Positions 9,454 to 18,611 of a stretch of DNA of 64,000 nt are shown one piece after another. A program made the position numbers and the translations under genes. Location: contig CAJUIP010000006.1 of assembly GCA_910586315.1 (NCBI GenBank), forward strand, positions 2,166-66,165, read 5' to 3'. This DNA comes from an uncultured Lachnospiraceae bacterium. Its GTDB lineage: Bacteria; Bacillota; Clostridia; Lachnospirales; Lachnospiraceae. The notes beneath the pieces are model-generated. The model had not been told where the DNA came from. It saw only the letters and a program-made list of their open reading frames with translations, and did not search any database. How positions within the stretch are numbered: the first letter of the stretch is position 1; each line of letters opens with the position of its first letter.

Positions 9454-10113
9454 TTATTGGCTGTCGGCAGAATACTGGTAGCCATTTTGAATATGCTTTG
9501 ACAGGGCACTTACGGCAGCGGAAATATCCCCGGAGCGGATTGCCTTCAGAATTTCCCGGTGCTCTGCGATAATTGCATTTTTACGTATCTGGTTATTCGC
9601 CGAGAAATTTCTTTCACGAAGAAGCTCTGTATTTAATAAAGACATAAGTGTGAGAAGTTTGGAATTTTGACATCCTTCCAGCCAGATGTCATGAATAGCA
9701 GAGCTTAAGGAGACGAACTCATTGATATCATCCGTATTCTCAGCCTGATTGATCATGTACTCCAATGCCTGAATGTCCTTTTTTCCGGCCTTCTCCATAA
9801 ACAGTTTTAGGGCCAGACTTTCCAGCGCTTCCCGGCATTGAAGAGTTTCCAGTGCAAGCTGCTGATTGTAGCCCTGCACGACAGCGCCTTTCCATGGGTC
9901 AACACGGATTAAACCTTCCATCGATAACATTCGGAATGCTTCACGGACAGGAGTGGCGCTGACGCCAAGCTGTTTTCCCATCTGGACTTCGGAAAGCTTG
10001 CATCCCGGAGGCAGTTCGCCATCCAGAATGGATTGCTTTATGTTTTGGTAGACTCTTTGGTTTAAAGTCTGGCGTTTTACACTTTTCACTTTAAACTGTA
10101 CGGTATTTTCCAT
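9454..10113 (-). CDS. GntR-family (FCD) transcriptional regulator
   Basis: VY..IK..I..G.L.PG.KL.E.....LGVS.TPVREA HTH; C-terminal EH..IL.AI..GD...A...L..HI. True start is ATG 10113 with GGAGG RBS; the longer ORF reads through repeats. Confidence 0.92.
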   Translation of the reverse strand: MENTVQFKVKSVKRQTLNQRVYQNIKQSILDGELPPGCKLSEVQMGKQLGVSATPVREAFRMLSMEGLIRVDPWKGAVVQGYNQQLALETLQCREALESLALKLFMEKAGKKDIQALEYMINQAENTDDINEFVSLSSAIHDIWLEGCQNSKLLTLMSLLNTELLRERNFSANNQIRKNAIIAEHREILKAIRSGDISAAVSALSKHIQNGYQYSADSQ

Positions 10114-10131
10114 GAAGATGCCTCCTGTGCA

Positions 10132-10478
10132 GATATACTGTTTATCGACATTATACCATGTCCGCAAGCGGCCATGGTGCCTCCGGCGGATTCCAGTGCC
10201 TGGCTTTCTGCGGTAAACGCAGAAACCAGATGCACAGGTACAATGTCTGGCGACATTATACCATGTCCGCAAGCGGCCATGGTGCCTCCGGCAGATTCCA
10301 GTGCCTGACTTTCTGCGGTAAACGCAGAAATCAGATGCACAGTATAATGTCTGTCGACATTATACCATGTCTCCGACATGCTATGCTCCGCGGGATGCAC
10401 ACGATTCGCTAAGGAATTTGTCTGTCCTTTTGGACAGACGCGAATCGGCGCGGGTATAATATCTGTCGACATTATACC
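10132..10478. repeat. Array of four 26-bp palindromes (GGTATAATGTC-TGTC-GACATTATACC) separated by 78-86-bp structured spacers
   Basis: Palindromes at 10132-10157 (degenerate), 10237-10262, 10341-10366 and 10453-10478. Spacers 1 and 2 are near-identical; spacer 3 is divergent. Confidence 0.9.
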
Positions 10479-10499
10479 TTATATCCCTCTAAAATGCAA
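10471..10499 (-). promoter_or_regulatory. Sigma-A promoter for gntR (TTGCAT-N17-TATAAT)
   Basis: Minus strand TTGCAT tttagagggatataagg TATAAT; the -10 box lies inside the last palindrome. Confidence 0.7.
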
Positions 10500-10551
10500 T
10501 ATTCTATAGAAAATATTTATTATGTATTATTTTGCATGCACAGAAGCAAGT

Positions 10552-10594
10552 AAGAAAGGCCCCTGCGATTGGCAGCTGCAGAGGCCTTTCTTTT
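10552..10594. terminator. Intrinsic terminator downstream of kdgK
   Basis: AAGAAAGGCC..GGCCTTTCTT stem with T-run. Confidence 0.65.
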
Positions 10595-10678
10595 GGGTCT
10601 GCCGGCTGGCAGACCCTGTGGTATATATTGAGGAATAAACTTGCCCGTTTTGGCAAATTGGGCAGCTAAGTCAGATGA

Positions 10679-11704
10679 CTATCTCTGAACACGCCCGGAG
10701 CCGTCGCCGCCTGCCAGCTTGTTCACTTCATCGACGGAAACCATGTTCATGTCTCCTTCGATGGAGTGCTTTAAGCAGGATGCGGCAACTGCAAACTCGA
10801 TTGTGCTCTGAGCATCATAACCGCTTAAGCAGGCGTAAATTAGCCCGCCGCCGAAGCTGTCGCCGCCGCCTACGCGGTCGACGATATGCATTTTGTATTT
10901 TTTACTGAAGTAGTAATTGTTTCCGTCATATAACATGGCAGACCAGTTGTTGTCGTTGGCGGAAAGGGATTCGCGGAGTGTAATGGCAACCTTTGTAAAA
11001 CCGAAGCGGTCGGCAAGCTGCTTTGCGACGTCCTTGTAGCCCTCATGGTTTACGCTGCCAGCTGTAACATCTGTATTGACGGCCTTGATTCCAAACACAT
11101 CAGAGGCATCCTCTTCGTTTGCGATACATACATCGACATATTTGCAGAGTTCCCCCATAACCTCTCCTGCCTTTGCCTTACTCCACAGTTTATTTCTATA
11201 ATTTAAGTCGCAGGAAACCGTAAGGCCAAGCTCTTTTGCCTTCTTGCATGCTTCCAGGCAGATACCGGCAACGGTGTCATTGAGGGCTGGGGTGATACCT
11301 GTGAAATGGAACCAGTCAGCGCCTTCAAAAATCTTTGCCCAGTCGAAATCTTCCGGGGAAGCCTCAGAAATCGCAGAATGCGCGCGGTCATAGATCACCT
11401 TGGACGGTCTCTGGGAAGCGCCCTTCTCTAAGAAATAGATACCAACCCGGTCACCGCCGCGGGCGATTGCGGATGTGTCAACGCCATATTTTCTTAATTC
11501 GTTGACAGCGGCCTGACCGATTTCATGCTTCGGAAGTTTTGTAACGAATGCGGAATCAAAACCGTAGTTGGCAAGGGAAACAGAAACGTTGGCCTCGCCG
11601 CCGCCATAGGTTGCGCCGAATGTGTTCGCCTGTACAAAACGATAATACCCCTCCGGAGCGAGACGGAGCATAATTTCACCAAATGTGATAACTCTTTTTG
11701 CCAT
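10679..11704 (-). CDS. kdgK: 2-keto-3-deoxygluconate kinase (PfkB family)
   Basis: FGEIMLRL, GGGEANV, DLNYR.KLW and VDRVGGGDSF motifs; adjacent to eda. Confidence 0.92.
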   Translation of the reverse strand: MAKRVITFGEIMLRLAPEGYYRFVQANTFGATYGGGEANVSVSLANYGFDSAFVTKLPKHEIGQAAVNELRKYGVDTSAIARGGDRVGIYFLEKGASQRPSKVIYDRAHSAISEASPEDFDWAKIFEGADWFHFTGITPALNDTVAGICLEACKKAKELGLTVSCDLNYRNKLWSKAKAGEVMGELCKYVDVCIANEEDASDVFGIKAVNTDVTAGSVNHEGYKDVAKQLADRFGFTKVAITLRESLSANDNNWSAMLYDGNNYYFSKKYKMHIVDRVGGGDSFGGGLIYACLSGYDAQSTIEFAVAASCLKHSIEGDMNMVSVDEVNKLAGGDGSGRVQR

Positions 11705-11763
11705 GACTAAAATTCTCCTTAAAATTATAATGGTTCAGTCCTGTATCACACTCCAGAACTGTT

Positions 11764-12723
11764 TTATTTCTGCACGAGATGTACTGCGAAGCCGCCGATC
11801 TCATCGGAAAGGTAAATGGCAGTCATCTTATCGCCTTTGAACCTGGCAGTGGACTCATCAAACTTATAGCCCATCAGTTCAAGATAGTTTTTTGCTCTTG
11901 CGACGGAGTTCGTGGAAATCGCAATGTGGCCGTTTGCGCCGCGCCCGGCGCTCTTCATGGCTTCAATGGCGGTTCCCGCAAATACGGAGCTGTTTCCGAC
12001 CTTCTTTGCAAAGCCGAAAAGGCCGTCAAATGCGTCGGCAGTCTTTTCAGCCTCTGCTTCATTGCTGCAGTTAATGCCCACATGAGCTAATTCGAATCCG
12101 AGCATGGTCTGTACGGCTTCCCTGGTTAAATCACGGATTTTATCAAATTCGCCGGCTGTAACCAGCTCTTTTTTTACCATCCAGCTCCCGCCGCATGCTA
12201 AGATCTTATCAAATGCAAGATAGGAGTTAAGATTTTTGGCGTTGATTCCACCGGTAGGCATGAATTTCATCTGGGTATAGGGAGCGGCCATGGCTTTAAT
12301 CATATTGAGGCCGCCTGCCTGCTCCGCCGGGAAGAATTTTACAACATCAAGACCAAGGGAGATTGCAGCCTCCACATCGCTGGGATTGGAAGTACCCGGT
12401 GTCACCGGAATACCCTTGTCCACACAATATTTTACAACCGTTGGATTTAAGCCCGGGCTTACAATGAATTTTGCGCCGGCATTGACAGCGCGGTCAACCT
12501 GCTCGGTGGTGAGAACGGTGCCTGCGCCCACCAGCATTTCGGGGAATTCTTTTGCCATAATGCGGATGGATTCTTCGGCGGCCGCGGTACGGAAGGTAAC
12601 CTCCGCACATGGAAGGCCGCCCTCGCAGAGCGCCTTTGCAAGCGGAGCCGCATCTTTTGCGTCATCCAATACCACAACGGGAACAATACCAATTTTCTGG
12701 ATTTTTTCTAACACTTCGTTCAT
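11764..12723 (-). CDS. eda: KDPG/KHG aldolase with ~110-aa C-terminal extension
   Basis: AEVTFRT, VGAGTV, FIVSPG, KFFPA and MPTGG motifs; extra tail with HVGIN...GHIAI. Confidence 0.92.
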   Translation of the reverse strand: MNEVLEKIQKIGIVPVVVLDDAKDAAPLAKALCEGGLPCAEVTFRTAAAEESIRIMAKEFPEMLVGAGTVLTTEQVDRAVNAGAKFIVSPGLNPTVVKYCVDKGIPVTPGTSNPSDVEAAISLGLDVVKFFPAEQAGGLNMIKAMAAPYTQMKFMPTGGINAKNLNSYLAFDKILACGGSWMVKKELVTAGEFDKIRDLTREAVQTMLGFELAHVGINCSNEAEAEKTADAFDGLFGFAKKVGNSSVFAGTAIEAMKSAGRGANGHIAISTNSVARAKNYLELMGYKFDESTARFKGDKMTAIYLSDEIGGFAVHLVQK

Positions 12724-12785
12724 GGTCCCATTTCTCCTTTTTATTTTATAATTCAGGACAAGTATATGCGGTCATTGATTTTATA

Positions 12786-12826
12786 ATACGATACTTAGTT
12801 TCATAATATGAAACCATGTTTCGTAT
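12786..12826. promoter_or_regulatory. KdgR-like operator(s) upstream of eda-kdgK
   Basis: ATATGAAACCATGTTTCGTAT (12806-12826) closely matches the ATGAAAC-N3-GTTTCAT KdgR-type box; weaker copy at 12786-12806. Confidence 0.6.
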
Positions 12827-12845
12827 TGCGATATCGTTAGTTTAA

Positions 12846-12873
12846 ATTATACTCAGCAATACTGAAATGTCAA
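12846..12873 (-). promoter_or_regulatory. Sigma-A promoter for eda-kdgK (TTGACA-N16-TATAAT)
   Basis: Both consensus hexamers present on the minus strand, just upstream of the operator. Confidence 0.75.
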
Positions 12874-13034
12874 TAGGAAAAAAGAATATTAATTGAACGG
12901 GGAGTAAACAGTAATCACGTTAAACGGATACACAATTTTATTACAAATAATGTACCTTCCCATCTGTTTGAAAGTGTGATAAAATGGACGCGGAAACAAA
13001 GAGACTGAAGAAAATGAGAGGTAAACAAACAGAG

Positions 13035-13976
13035 ATGAGTTTGGAATTTAATAAACTGAATGCGGAGTGCATCGAGGAACTGGCAAAGTACTATGGAAAG
13101 CGGCATGACCAGACCTGCGACAGCGTAATTCTTGATAATTTTCTTTGGAGAATTTATTACGATGTGCGCTACTGTGTCCGTGACGGGAAAGCGGTTTTAT
13201 GGACGATGAATATAAGAGGAAAGCAATATGCGGCCCTCCCGGTCTGTGCAATGGAGGACATGCCTCATTATTTTTCTGAGCTGGAACAGTATTTCAATGA
13301 AGAGCTGGGAATACCGCTGGAAATTTACCTTGCGGACGAGCCTGCCGTGGAATACTTAAATCTGCCAAAGGAGCGTTATTCGGTCACTGAACTGCCGGAC
13401 AGCAGGGATTACCTTTACAGCGCAGAGGCTTTAAAGGTCCTGCCGGGGAAAAAGCTGGCGAAAAAGAAAAATCATATGAACTTCTTTAAACGGGAATATG
13501 AGGGACGATATGAATACCGAACCCTCTGCTGTTCTGATAATATGGATATATGGAAATTTCTGGATAAGTGGAGGGAGCAGAAAGGACAGGAAGTGGAAGG
13601 CCATCTGGACTATGAGGTAGAGGGAATCCATGAGATTCTAAAAAATTGCTGCTTTTTAAATGTTCGTATGGGCGGGATTTATATTGACGGAAAACTGGAA
13701 GCATTTTCCATTGGCAGCTTCAATGCACGGGAAAAAATGGCAATCATCCATGTGGAAAAGGCCAATCCGGAAATCCGTGGCCTGTATCAGATGATTAATC
13801 AGCAATTTTTAATGCATGAATTTGAAGAAGCGGAAATCGTAAACCGTGAGGACGATATGGGACTGCCGGGACTCAGACATGCAAAAATGTCCTATGCCCC
13901 CATGGGATTTGCGAAGAAATACAGAATTCGGCAGCTTTGGCCGGAGGGAAGTCAGAGGGACTTGAAGAAAGTATGA
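13035..13976 (+). CDS. DUF2156 (aminoacyl-tRNA-dependent transferase-like, GNAT fold) protein
   Basis: DYLY....L..L.GKKL.KK.NH.N.F, IHVEKA....RGLY..INQ and NREDD.G.PGLR.AK.SY.P motifs. Start may be 12984. Confidence 0.85.
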   Translation: MSLEFNKLNAECIEELAKYYGKRHDQTCDSVILDNFLWRIYYDVRYCVRDGKAVLWTMNIRGKQYAALPVCAMEDMPHYFSELEQYFNEELGIPLEIYLADEPAVEYLNLPKERYSVTELPDSRDYLYSAEALKVLPGKKLAKKKNHMNFFKREYEGRYEYRTLCCSDNMDIWKFLDKWREQKGQEVEGHLDYEVEGIHEILKNCCFLNVRMGGIYIDGKLEAFSIGSFNAREKMAIIHVEKANPEIRGLYQMINQQFLMHEFEEAEIVNREDDMGLPGLRHAKMSYAPMGFAKKYRIRQLWPEGSQRDLKKV

Positions 13977-14998
13977 TTCGGTATTTGGGAACAGAAGAAA
14001 AGGGGAGGACAAGAGCTCTGTGGAATGAGGCCTTCCCGGAGGATTCCAGCCAGTTCTGCGAGTATTACTTTAAGGAAAAAATGAAGGATAATCAAGTGCT
14101 GGTCTGCGAAGAAGAGGGTAAAATTGTTGCCATGCTGCACCGGAATCCCTATATGATTTCGATGCGGGAGGACATAAAAAAGTGCGATTATATCGTAAGT
14201 GTGGCTACGGCAGTTTCAGAACGAAAAAAGGGACATATGCGGGGGCTTTTACTTGCCGTGCTGCGGGATATGCAGGAGGAGAGGATGCCCTTTACGTTTC
14301 TGATGCCGGCGAGGGAATCGCTGTATCTTCCTTACGATTTCCGGTTCGTATTTGATCAGCCGCGATGGGTGCTGTGCTATAATAAGGACATCCGGCGGGC
14401 GCCATATGATGGAAACACACTGGCGGAGGATTTGGCTCAGTGGCAGAATGCCTGGCTGAAGCGGCAGTATGAAGTGTTTGCGGTTCGCGACCAGGCATAT
14501 CTGGAACGGATGGAGAAGGAGCTGAAAAGCGAAAACGGAACCTGCACCCTGCTCTATGATGATGACTGGTTTATTGGAATGGAAAGCGAATGGGGACTTC
14601 AGGAAAGAGAAATGCGTTATCTTTATACAGGAGAACGGTACAGGACCCTGGCCGGGGCAAAGCCGGCCATTATGGCAAGAATCGTATGCATGCCGGAATT
14701 TGTAAAGAATATCCGGCTGTCGGAGGAATGCCCGGAGGATGAGGTCACAGTGGAAATCGGCGTCCATGATTTGTTTGTGCCCCAGAACCAGGGAGCATGG
14801 TCCTGGAGGCTGACCAAAAAGGGATCTTCCATGACTCAGGAATCAAGATTTATTTCCAGGGGGCAGCCGGCGGTATTTACCATCGCCCAGCTGACCCAGT
14901 GGCTGTTTGGCTATGCAGTGCCGGAGCAGGTGGGATGTATCCCCCATGGAAAGTATATTGAACCTTTTCATGGCGTTTTTCTGGATGAAGTGGTTTAA
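13973..14998 (+). CDS. Eis-like GNAT acetyltransferase
   Basis: LW.EAF.ED, YIV.VAT....R.KGHM..LL, FLMPA...LY..YDF; ATGA overlap with the upstream gene. Confidence 0.82.
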   Translation: MIRYLGTEEKGRTRALWNEAFPEDSSQFCEYYFKEKMKDNQVLVCEEEGKIVAMLHRNPYMISMREDIKKCDYIVSVATAVSERKKGHMRGLLLAVLRDMQEERMPFTFLMPARESLYLPYDFRFVFDQPRWVLCYNKDIRRAPYDGNTLAEDLAQWQNAWLKRQYEVFAVRDQAYLERMEKELKSENGTCTLLYDDDWFIGMESEWGLQEREMRYLYTGERYRTLAGAKPAIMARIVCMPEFVKNIRLSEECPEDEVTVEIGVHDLFVPQNQGAWSWRLTKKGSSMTQESRFISRGQPAVFTIAQLTQWLFGYAVPEQVGCIPHGKYIEPFHGVFLDEVV

Positions 14999-15018
14999 AG
15001 GAAAGGAGCACATGCGGA

Positions 15019-15741
15019 ATGAGTGAGCGGGAAACCTTGAAAAAGTGGCTGGAGGAGAGTGAAAATATCGTTTTTTTCGGCGGAGCGGGAGTCTCCACGG
15101 AAAGTAAAATTCCTGATTTTCGCAGTACGGACGGGCTTTATAACCAGCAGTATGCTTATCCGCCGGAGACCATCCTCAGCCATACTTTCTATATGAAAAA
15201 TACGGAAGAATTTTACAGGTTTTATCGAAATAAAATGCTGTTTCCTGAGGCGGAGCCCAACCGGGCGCATAAGGCGCTGGCAAGGTTAGAGGAGATGGGA
15301 AAGCTTAAGGCTGTAGTGACACAGAATATTGACGGTCTCCACCAGAAAGCAGGCAGCAGGGAGGTGCTGGAGCTTCATGGCTCTGTGCTTCGAAATTACT
15401 GCATGCGGTGCGGAAAATTTTATGGACTGGATGCAGTACTGAATACGGAAGGTATTCCTAAATGCCAGTGCCAGGGCATTATTAAGCCGGATGTGGTTCT
15501 TTACGAAGAAGGACTGGACCAACAGACAATACAGAAGGCGGTGGCCTATATTGCAGGGGCGGATGTGCTGATTATCGGAGGAACATCACTTACGGTGTAT
15601 CCCGCCGCGGGTCTCATTGACTATTACAGAGGAAAGAAGCTGGTACTGATCAATAAATCGGTAACGCCCATGGACAGCCGCGCGGATCTTGTCATAAGCG
15701 GTCCCATCGGCGAGGTTTTGGGAGACGCTGTGGGCGTATAA
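15019..15741 (+). CDS. cobB: NAD-dependent protein deacylase (sirtuin)
   Basis: GGAGVSTES.IPDFR, TQNIDGLHQ.AG, ELHG, Zn Cys pairs, KPDVVLY, GTSL.VYPAA. Confidence 0.95.
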   Translation: MSERETLKKWLEESENIVFFGGAGVSTESKIPDFRSTDGLYNQQYAYPPETILSHTFYMKNTEEFYRFYRNKMLFPEAEPNRAHKALARLEEMGKLKAVVTQNIDGLHQKAGSREVLELHGSVLRNYCMRCGKFYGLDAVLNTEGIPKCQCQGIIKPDVVLYEEGLDQQTIQKAVAYIAGADVLIIGGTSLTVYPAAGLIDYYRGKKLVLINKSVTPMDSRADLVISGPIGEVLGDAVGV

Positions 15742-15781
15742 AAACGGACGCTGACTAGTGGAGGGAGACAGAAAACAGGCG

Positions 15782-15997
15782 ATGATATATGAAGTGGGAG
15801 ATATTGTAAAACTGAAAAAGCCGCACCCTTGCGGGAGCCAGGAGTGGGAAATTCTCCGGGTGGGAGCGGACTTCCGGCTCAAATGCATGGGATGCGGACA
15901 TATGGTCATGGTGACCAGGAGGCTGGTAGAGAAAAATACCAGAGGCTTAAGAAAGCCGGATGGAGGAAACGATACAAAAAGCGATACAAAAATATAG
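15782..15997 (+). CDS. DUF951 family protein
   Basis: GDIV.LKK.HPCGS..WEI.RVGADF..KC.GCG motif; typical neighbour of rpsF. Confidence 0.85.
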   Translation: MIYEVGDIVKLKKPHPCGSQEWEILRVGADFRLKCMGCGHMVMVTRRLVEKNTRGLRKPDGGNDTKSDTKI

Positions 15998-16007
15998 GCA
16001 AAAGGGC

Positions 16008-16036
16008 TTGCATTTCTTGGGTTTTTCTGTTAGTAT
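16008..16036 (+). promoter_or_regulatory. Sigma-A promoter of rpsF-ssb-rpsR (TTGCAT-N17-TAGTAT with TG extension)
   Basis: Hexamers and spacing read directly from the sequence. Confidence 0.6.
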
Positions 16037-16057
16037 TAAAAACTGTGACATATTAAA

Positions 16058-16105
16058 TTCCTTGCTCCTGTTACTGAAAAACGGGGGCCAGAGACCACAA
16101 GGAGG
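16058..16105 (+). ncRNA. S6:S18 ribosomal-protein leader (autoregulatory cis element)
   Basis: TCCTTG pairs with the SD (CAAGGAGG); inner GCTCC..GGGGC stem with CCA next to the SD stem, directly upstream of rpsF. Confidence 0.7.
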
Positions 16106-16115
16106 TAAGAAAACT

Positions 16116-16403
16116 ATGAACAAATACGAATTAGCAGTTGTTCTTAGCGCAAAACTTGAGGATGATGAGAGAACAGCCGCTCTCGAAAAGGTAAAGGGGT
16201 ATATCACCCGTTTCGGCGGCACTGTTACAGATGTGGATGAGTGGGGCAAGAAGAGACTTGCTTATGAAATCCAGAAAATGAAAGAAGGATTCTACTACTT
16301 CGTTCACTTTGAAGGCGACTCCAACTGCCCCAATGAGGTAGAAGCTCATGTCCGCATTATGGAGCCGGTTATCCGTTATCTTTGCGTAAGACAGGACGCT
16401 TAA
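16116..16403 (+). CDS. rpsF: 30S ribosomal protein S6
   Basis: MNKYEL...WGKKRLAYEI.K..EG.Y; AAGGAGG RBS. Confidence 0.97.
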   Translation: MNKYELAVVLSAKLEDDERTAALEKVKGYITRFGGTVTDVDEWGKKRLAYEIQKMKEGFYYFVHFEGDSNCPNEVEAHVRIMEPVIRYLCVRQDA

Positions 16404-16421
16404 TAAAGAAAGTGTGATGAT

Positions 16422-16916
16422 ATGAATAAAGTTATCCTTATGGGCAGATTAACCAGAGACCCGGAAGTACGCTATTCCCAGGGCGAGCGCTCCATGGCAA
16501 TTGCAAGATATACGCTTGCTGTTGACCGGAGGGGAAGAAGGAGCCAGGACGGCGATCAGGGCCAGACTGCAGATTTTATCAATATCGTAGCGTTTGACCG
16601 TGCTGGAGAGTTTGCAGAGAAATACTTCCGCCAGGGCATGCGGGTACTGATTTCAGGAAGAATTCAGACCGGCAGCTATGTAAATAAGGATGGCCAGAAG
16701 GTCTATACAACGGATGTGATTGTAGATGACCAGGAGTTTGCCGACAGCAAGAACCAGAGCAGCGGTGACAGCGGCTTTGGAGGCGGCAGCTATGGCGGAG
16801 GAAACAGCCGCGAAAGCTATCAGCAGGGGACAAGACCCGCTCCGTCCAGCGCAATCGGCGACGGTTTTATGAATATTCCTGATGGAGTCGAGGATGAGGG
16901 ACTTCCATTCAACTAA
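16422..16916 (+). CDS. ssb: Single-stranded DNA-binding protein
   Basis: MNKVILMGRLTRDPE, OB fold, acidic tail ...DEGLPFN. Confidence 0.97.
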   Translation: MNKVILMGRLTRDPEVRYSQGERSMAIARYTLAVDRRGRRSQDGDQGQTADFINIVAFDRAGEFAEKYFRQGMRVLISGRIQTGSYVNKDGQKVYTTDVIVDDQEFADSKNQSSGDSGFGGGSYGGGNSRESYQQGTRPAPSSAIGDGFMNIPDGVEDEGLPFN

Positions 16917-16938
16917 ATGTTACAGGAGGTAATGTAAA

Positions 16939-17205
16939 ATGGCATTCAATAAAGGTGATAAGTCCGATTCTTCCAGAGTAAGAAGAGGCGGCATGCATAG
17001 AAGAAAAAAAGTCTGCGTATTCTGCGGCGATAAGAACGGCGAAATTGATTACAAGGACGTAAACAAGTTAAAGAGATACGTATCTGAGAGAGGAAAAATT
17101 CTTCCCAGAAGAATCACAGGAAACTGTGCAAAACACCAGAGAGCTTTGACAGTAGCTATCAAGAGAGCAAGACATATCGCTCTTATGCCCTACACCTGTG
17201 AATAA
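16939..17205 (+). CDS. rpsR: 30S ribosomal protein S18 (Zn-binding type)
   Basis: RRKKVCVFC...IDYKD...[23 protein letters not shown]. Confidence 0.97.
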   Translation: MAFNKGDKSDSSRVRRGGMHRRKKVCVFCGDKNGEIDYKDVNKLKRYVSERGKILPRRITGNCAKHQRALTVAIKRARHIALMPYTCE

Positions 17206-17232
17206 TACAAGTTTAATGATTTAACTGCAAAC

Positions 17233-17290
17233 GTTCAGCCCTGCGCCTCCTGCCTGCTATAAGCATGTAAGAGGATGCAGGGCTGAACTG
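17233..17290. repeat. REP-like hairpin (also a likely bidirectional terminator) of the 5432 family
   Basis: GTTCAGCCCTGC...GCAGGGCTGAAC stem; the reverse complement aligns ungapped with 5432-5484 at about 39/53. Confidence 0.65.
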
Positions 17291-17435
17291 CTTAAAATAT
17301 AGAAAATTTATAAGTTCCGTGCACTGCTTTTGAGATTCAGGCCTGAATTTGCGTATTGCAACGCATCCCTGCCGCTTTGTCAGACAAAGACTCCTGTAAA
17401 GCTTCCTGGTTCATAAAAAGCTGTGCGGCAGTCTT

Positions 17436-18611
17436 TTATTTTTCAAATACGATTTCACCGCCCAGGACAGTCATGGCACAGTCTAAGAGTGCGTGGATAT
17501 CATCCAGGGGATTTTTCTCAAATACAGCAAAGTTTGCTTTCTTTCCGACGGTGATGGAGCCGTGGGTATCTTTTACATCCAGCAGCTCGGCGGCGTTGAT
17601 GGTGCCGCACTGGATGGCTTCCATGGGGGTCATTCCGTTTTCCACCATCAGAACACATTCGAATGCAGTCTTGTCATATTCATTAAAGGGAGTTCCGGCG
17701 TCGGTGCCGAGGGCAATCTTTACACCTGCTTTGTGAGCGCGGCGGAAGGTGTCTTGATGGGCGTCAATGGTCCGTTCTACCTTTTCTACCATATAATCCG
17801 GAATCCCGGCGCCTGTGCCATATTCCCTAATCCAGTAAGGGGCAGCCAGGGTGGGAACGAAGAATACATTATGTTCCTTCATGAAATCAAAACACCAGTC
17901 ATCCATGAAGAAGCCGTGCTCAATGGAGTCTATTCCAGCCCGAAGAGCGTTTTTAATGCCTTCCATACCCTGAGCATGGGTAAAAGTCTTTGCTCCCGCT
18001 TTATGAGCTTCCTCAATGGCAGCCCGGAGCTCGTCCTCTGTAAGCTGCGGAGAGCCGGGCTCCACGCCTTTGGTCATTACGCCTCCGGTGGCCATCAGCT
18101 TAATCCAGCTGGCCCCGGCTTTGAGCTGTTCTCTGGCGGCTTTGCGGCAGTCGTCGGGACCATCGGCTTCACGGCCGGAATCATGTCCGTGGCCTCCGGT
18201 CATGCAGATGCATCTTCCGGATGTCTGCATCTCGGGAGCCAGAATGCCGCCCTTAACTTGGGCATTGTGGAGGTCCACATCAATGTAGTTGGGAGCGCCC
18301 GCGTCGCGGACATAGGTAACGCCGGATTCCACCAGAGTTTTCAGATTTTTGAGAGCGCGGATGGTTACGGCTGCATCGCTGATGGTCTCGCGGACACCGG
18401 TACCGGCATCGGAGCACATATGTACATGGCAGTTGAAAAGTCCGGGAAGAAGCGTTTTGCCGCCCAGGTCAACGACCTTTGCCTCTTCAGGAACAGAAAT
18501 GCCGGAGCCGATTTCTTTTATGATGCCGGATTCCACGAGAACGTTTCCGTCTTTAAGGACTGTCTCTCCGATGACATCAATGATGTTTGCGTGGGTAAAT
18601 ACTGTGGTCAT
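17436..18611 (-). CDS. Metal-dependent amidohydrolase (Xaa-Pro dipeptidase-like)
   Basis: LLPGL.NCHVH, TGGHG, IKLMATGG, HAQG, SIEHG and GTDAG motifs; AGGAGG RBS before ATG 18611. Confidence 0.88.
   Translation of the reverse strand: MTTVFTHANIIDVIGETVLKDGNVLVESGIIKEIGSGISVPEEAKVVDLGGKTLLPGLFNCHVHMCSDAGTGVRETISDAAVTIRALKNLKTLVESGVTYVRDAGAPNYIDVDLHNAQVKGGILAPEMQTSGRCICMTGGHGHDSGREADGPDDCRKAAREQLKAGASWIKLMATGGVMTKGVEPGSPQLTEDELRAAIEEAHKAGAKTFTHAQGMEGIKNALRAGIDSIEHGFFMDDWCFDFMKEHNVFFVPTLAAPYWIREYGTGAGIPDYMVEKVERTIDAHQDTFRRAHKAGVKIALGTDAGTPFNEYDKTAFECVLMVENGMTPMEAIQCGTINAAELLDVKDTHGSITVGKKANFAVFEKNPLDDIHALLDCAMTVLGGEIVFEK

Noticed and set aside
10114..10472. ORF 10086-10472 and the N-terminal extension of GntR
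   Set aside because: Products simply translate the DNA repeats; the real GntR start has a GGAGG RBS at 10113.
10132..10478. CRISPR array
   Set aside because: Spacers are 78-86 bp, two are duplicates and all begin ATGTC; no cas genes in the window.
15960..16115. N-terminal extension of S6
   Set aside because: The region contains the promoter and S6:S18 leader; the true start is 16116.
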